Source: Thermoplasmata archaeon
Lineage (GTDB): Archaea > Thermoplasmatota > Thermoplasmata > Lutacidiplasmatales > UBA184
NCBI GenBank assembly: GCA_035946105.1
Contig: DASYZN010000185.1
Location: 1 to 29,315, forward strand
Direction of reading: 5' to 3'
Length of the DNA: 29,315 nt
Shown piece by piece: positions 17,460 through 24,057 of the stretch. Position numbers and translations under genes: made by a program. Within the stretch, counting starts at the first letter, position 1; every line of letters starts with the position of its first letter. Under the pieces are notes generated by a model. It was not told where the DNA came from. It made no database searches and worked only from the letters and a program-made list of their open reading frames with translations.

Positions 17460-17799
17460 ATCGGGGGCTAGGGGCGAACGATCCGGGCCGCCGAGAGGGG
17501 ACGACGGTGTCGGAGGCCGACTTCCGGAGGCGTTGATCGTTCTCGAAGAGCGTCTCGATGGGCGCTAGCGTGAGCCTGCCGTGCCTCCCATCGGCCACGA
17601 GACGTTCCCTCTCAGCGAAACCCGGATCCCGCTCCACGAATCCCTCAAGGGTCGCACGGAGGACGTCTGGGTTGCTCGGGCCGCCCGTCTAAAGCCGTTC
17701 GAGCTAGGTCCGGCTGGATACCCGCACGCAAATGGTGGAAGGGGGATCGACGGCCGTGCTGCACCGCGTCTGGCGAGCAGGGCGGGAGTGGTTTCCCCG

Positions 17800-17835
17800 G
17801 TGTCGGGGGGGTGGATTGACGAAGAGTTCGAATCC
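17800..17835. repeat. Outermost att-like copy (attR) of the tRNA 3' end
   Basis: GTGTCGGGGGGG-TGGATTGACGAAGA-GTTCGAATCC has the same 12+14+10 spacing as the copies at 19064 and 20023. Confidence 0.7.
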
Positions 17836-17892
17836 TTGACGGCCTGGCTGCGCTCGCCTCTCCTCAAGCGATCGGACGGGCTTCACGAGTTC

Positions 17893-18288
17893 CTATGGAG
17901 GCAGCAGAGACTCGACCCAAGTGCGGAACCTGCTCGCGCATTGCCGGACCTCCTGCGCTTCTCGTTCGGTGAACTCCCGGGACTCGAACTCTACTCGGTT
18001 TTTCGCCTCGAGGGTACGAGAAACCTGGCGAACCATCCGTTCCGCATCCGCAAGATGGAGCGTGGCGACCATGCCTACGACTCCCGAATGATCTTGCCCG
18101 CTCCAACGCTGTCCTGTGCGCCCCACCGTAAGCGCGTCGCTGGCTGAGATCACGGAGTGGACCCCAAGGAGTCCTACGGAGTTCCAGGCACCCTCCTCAG
18201 CCGCACGGACCATCTGGTCGGCGAACTCGTTCGAACGTTCCCAATAGACCTTGAATCGAGACTTGGGTAGTACCTCGGTCCGTCCCAT
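17893..18288 (-). CDS. HEPN domain protein (partner of the minimal nucleotidyltransferase)
   Basis: All-helical 131-aa protein with H.VISA.DAL, SGQDH, KNRVEF and a C-terminal EA......A..F..WV. It lies 3 nt downstream of the MNT gene. Confidence 0.72.
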   Translation of the reverse strand: MGRTEVLPKSRFKVYWERSNEFADQMVRAAEEGAWNSVGLLGVHSVISASDALTVGRTGQRWSGQDHSGVVGMVATLHLADAERMVRQVSRTLEAKNRVEFESREFTEREAQEVRQCASRFRTWVESLLPP

Positions 18289-18291
18289 CGG

Positions 18292-18885
18292 TCAATCGAC
18301 TCCGATGACGCTCATTCCATCCTCTTCAATGGACTTCAGGAGAGCCGGATTGCGCGGTCGCGCCACCTCTGCTCGAGAGTAGATGAGGGCCGAAACGGGA
18401 TTCCCGTACCGATTCCAAAGGTCCGACCGAAGACGGTCGACCGCTTCCGCCGCCCTGGCCCTTCCGCCGGCGGCTCGCACTTCGAGGAAGAGATCGATGT
18501 CGCTGTCATCCCTCTCTTCCCCCCGCGGAATCGAACCAAACAGTCGAGCCCGCTCGATCCCCGCCAGCCGGAGGCCATCCGATAGTTCCCGAACTAGTAC
18601 GGAGCGGAGGCTGGACTCGTGGTGGAAGAGGTCTGCAAGGACGGGCCAGAAAACGTGTCTCCGATTGAGCTGCCAGGAGTAGGACCTCCCGACCACCTCT
18701 CGGTCCACCAACGACGTATCTGCGAGCTCGCTCAGTTCTCGCGCGGCTTGCGCGACCGAGACTCGGGCCGTTCGGGCGAGCTCCCGACCGGTCCACCTTT
18801 GATCCGGAGCGCCGAACATTGTCCGAAGCAGCCTGAGCTTGGTCGGGCTGCCGAGTAGGGGGTCCAACGCGTCATGAAATCTCAT
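18292..18885 (-). CDS. wHTH (ArsR-like) fused to a minimal nucleotidyltransferase (MNT)
   Basis: N-terminal HTH (TGRELARTARVS...A.REL.EL....LV) and an exact GS-X10-DXD motif (FGSIPRGEERDDSDIDL). Start at MRFH (18885) is inferred from the upstream GAAGGGCTTATGTA promoter. Confidence 0.85.
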   Translation of the reverse strand: MRFHDALDPLLGSPTKLRLLRTMFGAPDQRWTGRELARTARVSVAQAARELSELADTSLVDREVVGRSYSWQLNRRHVFWPVLADLFHHESSLRSVLVRELSDGLRLAGIERARLFGSIPRGEERDDSDIDLFLEVRAAGGRARAAEAVDRLRSDLWNRYGNPVSALIYSRAEVARPRNPALLKSIEEDGMSVIGVD

Positions 18886-18998
18886 GTATCGTATAGGAGA
18901 CATATGACTCGCAGCGATTACATAAGCCCTTCGGTCGATGGCTTTGGCCCCGAAAGGGGTCGGTCTCATGGCCATTGTGGCAACTGCTCTCGGCCGGC

Positions 18999-19099
18999 AG
19001 GTTCAAATCCTTACGAATCCGAGGTGAAATCCACTCGAATTCACCTCAGAAATCGCAAGTCTTGTGTCGGGGGGGTGAACCGCAAGAAGGTTCAAATCC
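18999..19099. repeat. About 100-bp att-like unit A
   Basis: AGGTTCAAATCC, then 49 nt containing the inverted repeat GAGGTGAA/TTCACCTC, then TCTTGTGTCGGGGGGGTGAACCGCAAGAAGGTTCAAATCC. The last 40 bp are 39/40 identical to unit B. Confidence 0.9.
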
Positions 19100-19165
19100 T
19101 AACCGAAGCCCGAACTCGCCCGCCAGCGGGGATGATGGACCTGCCCTCCCCGTCCGTTGGTCAGA

Positions 19166-19582
19166 CTACCGAAGGCCCTCTACGTCGGACGTGCCAATCA
19201 GGCGGATTCCCTTCACTCGTCGGAAATCGTGGTCGTAGGTCCAGACGGGAGCGTCGAGGTTCAAGGCGAGCGCTACGTATTCCCAGTCGGTCTCGTCTCC
19301 AGCGGCGCCTGCCAATGCCTTGGCTTTCTCTTCGTGTCGTCGGAGAGCATCGAGCGGCACTTCCTGGATCTGTCCACGGAGAATTCGAAGGACCGAATGG
19401 GTTTGGGCCGGAGTGATCCCCGCCCGTCTAGCGACTCGAGGAAGCTGTCGTTCGGCCTCTTTCACAATGTCGGGCGGGGCCACGAATCTCACGCCCTTCG
19501 CATGGAGCAGGACCTGCCGGGCTCGTCCGTCCTTGAAGAGGCAAGCGACGAGGACGCTTGCGTCCACAACGACGGGTTTCAA
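19166..19582 (-). CDS. PIN domain (VapC-like) toxin
   Basis: VVVDASVL, E42-like VKEAE, D.TD.EYVALAL, and VWTYD.DF. Confidence 0.9.
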   Translation of the reverse strand: MKPVVVDASVLVACLFKDGRARQVLLHAKGVRFVAPPDIVKEAERQLPRVARRAGITPAQTHSVLRILRGQIQEVPLDALRRHEEKAKALAGAAGDETDWEYVALALNLDAPVWTYDHDFRRVKGIRLIGTSDVEGLR

Positions 19583-19797
19583 GGATGCCTTTGGGCCGCC
19601 GCACGCCGGATACGGCGTCCGAGCGTGACAGCATCTCGCTCCGTCAGTTGGGACGCCTCGAGCAATCGATCCAGCACATGTAACCGGTCAACCTCTTGCT
19701 GGAAGGCGGTTCGAGCGACCTCTGACCAGCGGATCTCTGGATGCCGACGCATCTCTTCGTGCAGTCCTTTCGGAACCGCGAGGGTGACGTTCGTCAT
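19579..19797 (-). CDS. Ribbon-helix-helix-type antitoxin
   Basis: MTNVTLAVP..L...M..HPEIRWSEVAR.A. It overlaps the PIN start (ATGA) and is a typical archaeal antitoxin partner. Confidence 0.85.
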   Translation of the reverse strand: MTNVTLAVPKGLHEEMRRHPEIRWSEVARTAFQQEVDRLHVLDRLLEASQLTERDAVTLGRRIRRAAAQRHP

Positions 19798-19817
19798 CGG
19801 TTATCGGACGGCATAAG

Positions 19818-19845
19818 GGAAATAAGTAATTTTCCATAACCTACG
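19818..19845 (-). promoter_or_regulatory. Promoter/operator of the RHH-PIN operon
   Basis: Minus-strand GTAGGTTATGG (TATA-like) overlaps the inverted repeat GGAAA-N8-TTTCC (19818-19835) in an AT-rich patch upstream of the antitoxin ATG. Confidence 0.4.
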
Positions 19846-19956
19846 ACGGGAGATTCTCGGAGACGGGCTCGTTCGGAGCAGCGGAGCGGTGGCACGCGCC
19901 CAGGAACCATCGAAAGAGGCGGACGGCCCTTGCCTGACCGTAGAGTGTTTTTCGGG

Positions 19957-20058
19957 AGGTTCAAATCCGTGTGAGACCGATCTGGAATTTAACCAATTTC
20001 TCGTCAGTGAAACTCGATTCTTGTGTCGGGGGGGTGAACCGCAAGAAAGTTCAAATCC
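19957..20058. repeat. About 100-bp att-like unit B
   Basis: AGGTTCAAATCC, then 50 nt, then TCTTGTGTCGGGGGGGTGAACCGCAAGAAAGTTCAAATCC. Same architecture as unit A. Confidence 0.9.
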
Positions 20059-20165
20059 CCTCCAACCCGCCAGAATCGCAAAGTTGCCGCGACCGATGTC
20101 CCGGTATCCGACCGGCTCAACTGCTGCGGCGGCCACACACCGAGCGATCTATCGATTATGGCCAT

Positions 20166-20207
20166 CTATTGGTGTTTATTGGTCATTTGCCCAATAACTC
20201 CAAATAG
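20166..20207. promoter_or_regulatory. Nested inverted repeats upstream of the AAA ATPase (putative operator)
   Basis: A perfect TTATTGG-N8-CCAATAA (20176-20197), flanked by CTATTGG (20166) and CCAAATAG (20200). Confidence 0.55.
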
Positions 20208-20237
20208 AACCCAATTCTTGCCGCGACCGAGGCGGCC

Positions 20238-21416
20238 GTGGATCCTGTCACCAACCCGTTTTCGCCGGGTGCGGGAGCCCCGCCACCCGAGCTGGTTGGA
20301 CGGCAGGAGATCCTCGAGCGCGCGCGGGTGCTACTTGCTCGGGTCATCCAAGGTCGCTCGGCGAAGAGCATCCTCATGACCGGACTCCGGGGCGTGGGAA
20401 AAACAGTCCTTCTCAATGAAATCAAAGCGCTCGCCGCCGAATCCGGCTATCGAACGATTCTGGTCGAGACGCCCGAACAATCGGGCTTGCTTCCTCACCT
20501 CATACCCCAAGTCCGCGGTTTGCTCCTCGAGCTTGACCAGGGAACGGGTGTTAGCGCGCGCGTGCGCCGAGCACTCGGAGTTCTGAAGTCGTTCGCTTCT
20601 GCGGTTCGCGTGGGATACGCTGGCTTCGAGATCTCCCTGGATTTCGAGGCCCAGGCTGGAGTTGCTGACAGCGGCGACCTCGAGCATGATCTCGCCGACC
20701 TCTTCGTCGCGTTGGCCGAGGCCGCGAAGGACCGCGGGACTGGCGTCGCACTGCTGATTGACGAGCTTCAGTACATTTCGGAACTCGAGCTCCGGGCCCT
20801 GACCATGGCGATGCACAAGCTCGCCCAGGAACAGCTTCCGCTCGTCCTCGTCGGCGCCGGACTTCCGACGCTTCCCGGTCTCGCCGGGCGCGCGCGCTCG
20901 TACGCTGAACGACTGTTCGACTTCCCAACCATTGGCGCTCTAACGCAGGACGAGGCCGGTCGAGCCATCATCGCCCCGATGGCTTCCGCCCAGGTACGGA
21001 TCGACCCGGCCGCCCTAGCAGAAATCTTCGCCCAGACTCAGGGGTATCCGTACTTCCTCCAAGAGTGGGCGTATCAGACTTGGAACCGCGCGGCGGGTTC
21101 ACCTGTTACCCTAGATGCCGTGAGAGAAGCGACGCCGATTATCACTGCCCGCCTTGACGAGGGGTTCTTCCGTGTGAGATTCGACCGGCTAACGCGATCG
21201 GAGCGTCGATACCTTCGTGCCATGGCAGAAGTCCCCCCTGACCAACGAACCACCGGGAAGGTGGCGGAAATCCTCGGGTTCAAGGTCACAAGCATGGGTC
21301 CGACACGTGGGAATCTGATCAGCAAAGGAATGGTGTACAGCCCGGAACACGGTCGGCTAGACTTTACCGTTCCACTTTTCGACAAGTTCATGCGAAGGAC
21401 GATTCCTAACCTATAG
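20238..21416 (+). CDS. Stand-alone AAA/P-loop ATPase (AAA_16-like) with a C-terminal wHTH
   Basis: NPF.PGAG..PP.L.GR, Walker A GLRGVGKT, Walker B LLIDELQ, T.GYPYFLQ, and a C-terminal HTH (TGKVAEILG...TSMGPTRGNLISKGMVY). GTG start. Confidence 0.9.
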   Translation: MDPVTNPFSPGAGAPPPELVGRQEILERARVLLARVIQGRSAKSILMTGLRGVGKTVLLNEIKALAAESGYRTILVETPEQSGLLPHLIPQVRGLLLELDQGTGVSARVRRALGVLKSFASAVRVGYAGFEISLDFEAQAGVADSGDLEHDLADLFVALAEAAKDRGTGVALLIDELQYISELELRALTMAMHKLAQEQLPLVLVGAGLPTLPGLAGRARSYAERLFDFPTIGALTQDEAGRAIIAPMASAQVRIDPAALAEIFAQTQGYPYFLQEWAYQTWNRAAGSPVTLDAVREATPIITARLDEGFFRVRFDRLTRSERRYLRAMAEVPPDQRTTGKVAEILGFKVTSMGPTRGNLISKGMVYSPEHGRLDFTVPLFDKFMRRTIPNL

Positions 21417-21504
21417 CGTCGGCTCAACGAGCGATTCCTGCGAAACTCGCGGGCAAACCAATCGTATGTTGTCGGAAACAATCGATTCCGAATCATCATC
21501 AGTG

Positions 21505-21608
21505 TGTCGGGGGGGGGATTTGAACCCCCGGCCCCAGGATCTCTCAGGGGTCGGTCGGGCGCCGACCCGCTATGAGTCCCGTGCTCTACCAGGCTGAGCC
21601 ACCCCGAC
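21505..21608 (-). tRNA. tRNA-Met(CAT), elongator type, with a 30-nt intron at position 37/38 (21541-21570)
   Basis: Full cloverleaf: GTCGGGG/CCCCGAC acceptor stem, GCTC/GAGC D-stem, CGGGA/TCCTG anticodon stem, CT-CAT-A loop, GGGGG-TTCAAAT-CCCCC T-arm and discriminator A. The bulge-helix-bulge uses CTCA/TGAG. G1:C72 and A31:U39 favour elongator Met over initiator or Ile2. CCA is not encoded. Confidence 0.95.
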
Positions 21609-21648
21609 GTTGGACCCGGGGAAGCGGTGCTCCCCCTACTAGGCTTCG

Positions 21649-22371
21649 TCAGGCCGCGGGGGCCTCGCCAGAGGCGGGCACGAGCCCGGGGCCAGGCGAC
21701 GGGAGGTCGAGGGTGGGCGCCGGCGGCGCTCCCTCGGGAGCGGGAGCGTCCTCGGCGATCGTCCCGAGGACCTCGGAGCGGCGGATCTCGATCTTCTTGA
21801 GCGGATAGAGCGATTTCAACCCGTGGGCCAGGGTTTTTCCGAGCTCGCCCTGCAGCATCTCGCGGACGAACTCGGGGGACGTCCGCTTGGCCGCCTCTTC
21901 GGTCAAGAGGCTCCGCAGCCGGTGACGGAGCTCGGCCCTCAGCCGGGTCTGGAGCCGCTGCTCCCCGACCGCCACGGGCTTGAGGACGATCTCGACCCCG
22001 TCCTTCGTCAGCACGGGGAGGGAGGTGTCGATCTTGGACCGCTTCCGCCGGGCCAACCGCCGGACGTAGTCCGTCGTGAGATCGTGCCCGATGAATCGGC
22101 TCTCGGCCACGTTGTCCCCGGAGATCCGGTCGATCTGGAATCGCAGCTTCACGTGGGCCTTGCCGATGTCGGCGCCCCCGGAGATCTCCTGGAGCGTCGT
22201 CTCGAGGGTCCGGCCGACGACCTGCTCCGGTTCGGAGGCCATCGTCTCCCCGATCTCGGCGTGCTGGAAGAAGCCCGGCGCGCGGACCTTGTACCAGTGC
22301 TTCGAGCGCCACTTGTCCTTGACCGTGCGGGCCAGGGTGGACTTCTTCGCCGCGCCTTCCTTCTCGGCCAT
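21649..22371 (-). CDS. rps3ae: 30S ribosomal protein S3Ae (eS1)
   Basis: KDKWRSK.WY.V.AP..F, GRT.E.TL, KL.F.I, F.GH.LT.DY.R.L.RR..SKID, and YPLKKIEIR.SEV. Confidence 0.96.
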   Translation of the reverse strand: MAEKEGAAKKSTLARTVKDKWRSKHWYKVRAPGFFQHAEIGETMASEPEQVVGRTLETTLQEISGGADIGKAHVKLRFQIDRISGDNVAESRFIGHDLTTDYVRRLARRKRSKIDTSLPVLTKDGVEIVLKPVAVGEQRLQTRLRAELRHRLRSLLTEEAAKRTSPEFVREMLQGELGKTLAHGLKSLYPLKKIEIRRSEVLGTIAEDAPAPEGAPPAPTLDLPSPGPGLVPASGEAPAA

Positions 22372-22476
22372 CGCGTGGGGGCGAGCACCGGCGTTCCCTA
22401 CTTAAGGCGAGCGGCGAAAGATGGCGCTTCTCCGACGGGGAACGCCCCGCCGGCGGCGTTCTCTCGGAAACTACAT

Positions 22477-24057
22477 ATGGCGTACCCGGCTCGCCGCCGC
22501 GTGTCCGTGGCCTCGACCTCCACCTCCCGGGTCGCCGCCCCCGCGATCGGGACCCGGGCCTCGGCGCGGCAGCTCGCGGAGTCCGGGGCCATCGTCGAGG
22601 CGCCCGCCGATCGGCTGCGGACCGAGGTCCTGACCCGGATCGCCCGGGCGAGCCAGGAGGGGTTGAGCGGGGCGGCGCTCCTGCAGAGCCCCTTCCCGAG
22701 GACGGTCCTATCCGAGACGACGTACGACGATCTCGTCGCCGGCCTCGTCTCGGGCGCGCACACCCTGCTGTTCGGCCCGTCCGGGGCGGGAAAGACGAGC
22801 CTCGCGAAGGAGCTCTGGGACCTCTTCCCCAAGGAGATCTGGGTCATCCCGGGCTGCCCGGTCCTCGACCACCCCCTCAGCGTCGCCGCCCCCGACGCCT
22901 TCGAACGGTTCCCCCCCTGCCCGATCTGCCGGCGGCGGTTCGCCCCGAACGCCGACGTGGGGGCCTTCTCGCCAGAGACGGTCGACCCGTCGAAGGTCCC
23001 CGCCGAATACGTGCGGATGCGCGAAGGGTTCGGCTTCGCCCGGCTCCAGGGGAGCTCCGAGGTCTTTCCGGATCACCTCACGGGCAACATCAATCTCCGC
23101 AAGCTCGAGGAGGTCGGCGACCCGATGAGCCCCCTCGTCCTCGAGCCCGGCAAGCTCCTCCAGGCGAACCGGGGCATGCTCCTCGTCGACGAGATCGGCA
23201 AGCTGCCGCTCGGCACCCAGAACGTCCTTTTGCAGGCCCTCCAGGAGGGCACGGTCACCCCGTCGAAGTCCCGGGAGAGCTTTCCGGCGAACTTCGTGGC
23301 CGTCTGCACCTCGAACCTCTCCGACCTCGACAACATCAACGACCCCCTCTCCGACCGCCTGACGAGCCTCCACGTCGGCTACAACACCCTGCACGCGCAG
23401 AACCGCCGGATCGTCGAGCTCGGTCGGGAGGAGTCGCAAGGGGCCGGGGTGCCCGAGATCCTCCTCGACGCCGGGGTCCGGGTCATCGAGGCGTGGCGGT
23501 TGCGGGTCTCTGACGACAACCCGGACATCGGGGAGGTGGGGTCGAACCGGACCCTCATCGACGTGGCCCATCGCTCGTCGGCGATCGCCACCCTGGCGGG
23601 CCGGGGGATCGCCTCGTCGGACGACCTCAAGGCGGGGCTCCGGCACGCGATGCGCGGACGCATCCGGGCCCGGAGCGGCGACTCCTTCCGGCAGAACGAG
23701 AAGCGGGTCACGGAGTTCCTCGATCAGCACCTGGATCCCGCCCTGAAGCGGAGCGCGGGGGTCTACTGGTGCCGGTACTATCGGACCGTGCTCCACGAGA
23801 ACGAGTCGGAGGGGAAGGCGCTGGTCTCGGAGGGTCGGCGGCTCGTGACCGACGCCCAGTTGATCGAGGAGGTCCACGGGACCGGATCGACCTTCCCGAG
23901 GTTCCGCACGTTCGTGAGGTTCGTCGGGGACCGGGGGCGTCTGCCCGCCGCGGTCCGGCCCGTCGATGGCGCCGTCGCCGAGTTCGCCCTCCTGGAGAAG
24001 TACTCCCTGTTCTCCTGCGCGGGGGAGGAAGCGGACGACGACGCCCCCCTCCGATAG
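22477..24057 (+). CDS. ChlI/Mg-chelatase-like (MoxR-related) AAA+ ATPase with a Cys-rich insert
   Basis: Walker A GPSGAGKT, GCP..DHP...CPIC insert, PG.L..ANRG.L.VDEI..L...QN.LLQALQEG, and D.L.DR (Arg finger). The start may instead be the GTG at 22501. Confidence 0.85.
   Translation: MAYPARRRVSVASTSTSRVAAPAIGTRASARQLAESGAIVEAPADRLRTEVLTRIARASQEGLSGAALLQSPFPRTVLSETTYDDLVAGLVSGAHTLLFGPSGAGKTSLAKELWDLFPKEIWVIPGCPVLDHPLSVAAPDAFERFPPCPICRRRFAPNADVGAFSPETVDPSKVPAEYVRMREGFGFARLQGSSEVFPDHLTGNINLRKLEEVGDPMSPLVLEPGKLLQANRGMLLVDEIGKLPLGTQNVLLQALQEGTVTPSKSRESFPANFVAVCTSNLSDLDNINDPLSDRLTSLHVGYNTLHAQNRRIVELGREESQGAGVPEILLDAGVRVIEAWRLRVSDDNPDIGEVGSNRTLIDVAHRSSAIATLAGRGIASSDDLKAGLRHAMRGRIRARSGDSFRQNEKRVTEFLDQHLDPALKRSAGVYWCRYYRTVLHENESEGKALVSEGRRLVTDAQLIEEVHGTGSTFPRFRTFVRFVGDRGRLPAAVRPVDGAVAEFALLEKYSLFSCAGEEADDDAPLR

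Larger units (their letters stand above)
17800..21515. mobile_element. tRNA-Met-anchored island of three tandem att-bounded cassettes (no integrase)
   Basis: GTGTCGGGGGGG, the reverse complement of the tRNA 3' end, occurs at 17800, 19064 and 20023 and in the tRNA at 21504. Cargo is toxin-antitoxin or defence-like. The sequence is visibly more AT-rich than the flanks. Confidence 0.72.

Noticed and set aside
17504-17514. A further att copy (GGTGTCGGAGG)
   Set aside because: The G-run is broken and the downstream GTTCRAATCC arm is missing, so it is likely chance.
17056-17637. 193-aa minus-strand ORF, or a frameshifted N-terminus of the 17154-17459 gene
   Set aside because: It has low-complexity Arg/Pro content and no family motif. 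A promoter-like GGCTTTAGA lies upstream, but that is too little to call a gene.
17581-18147. 188-aa plus-strand ORF
   Set aside because: It runs across an att repeat, is antisense to the HEPN gene and has no recognisable motif.
18999-19099. Extra tRNA genes or pseudo-tRNAs suggested by GGTTCAAATCC
   Set aside because: No acceptor, D or anticodon arms can be folded around the motifs.
19060-20058. Canonical integron attC sites
   Set aside because: GGTGAAC and GTTCAAA do not fit RYYYAAC and GTTRRRY. The hairpin is too short, the core is tRNA-derived, and there is no intI.
21420-21502. C/D box sRNA (ATGATGA on the minus strand just after the tRNA)
   Set aside because: There is no CTGA D box or recognisable C'/D' pair at the proper distance. 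The same applies to the GTGATGA near 13111-13117.
17800-21515. CRISPR array interpretation of the repeats
   Set aside because: The repeats are about 1-1.5 kb apart and flank whole genes. There are no 30-40 nt spacers and no cas genes.
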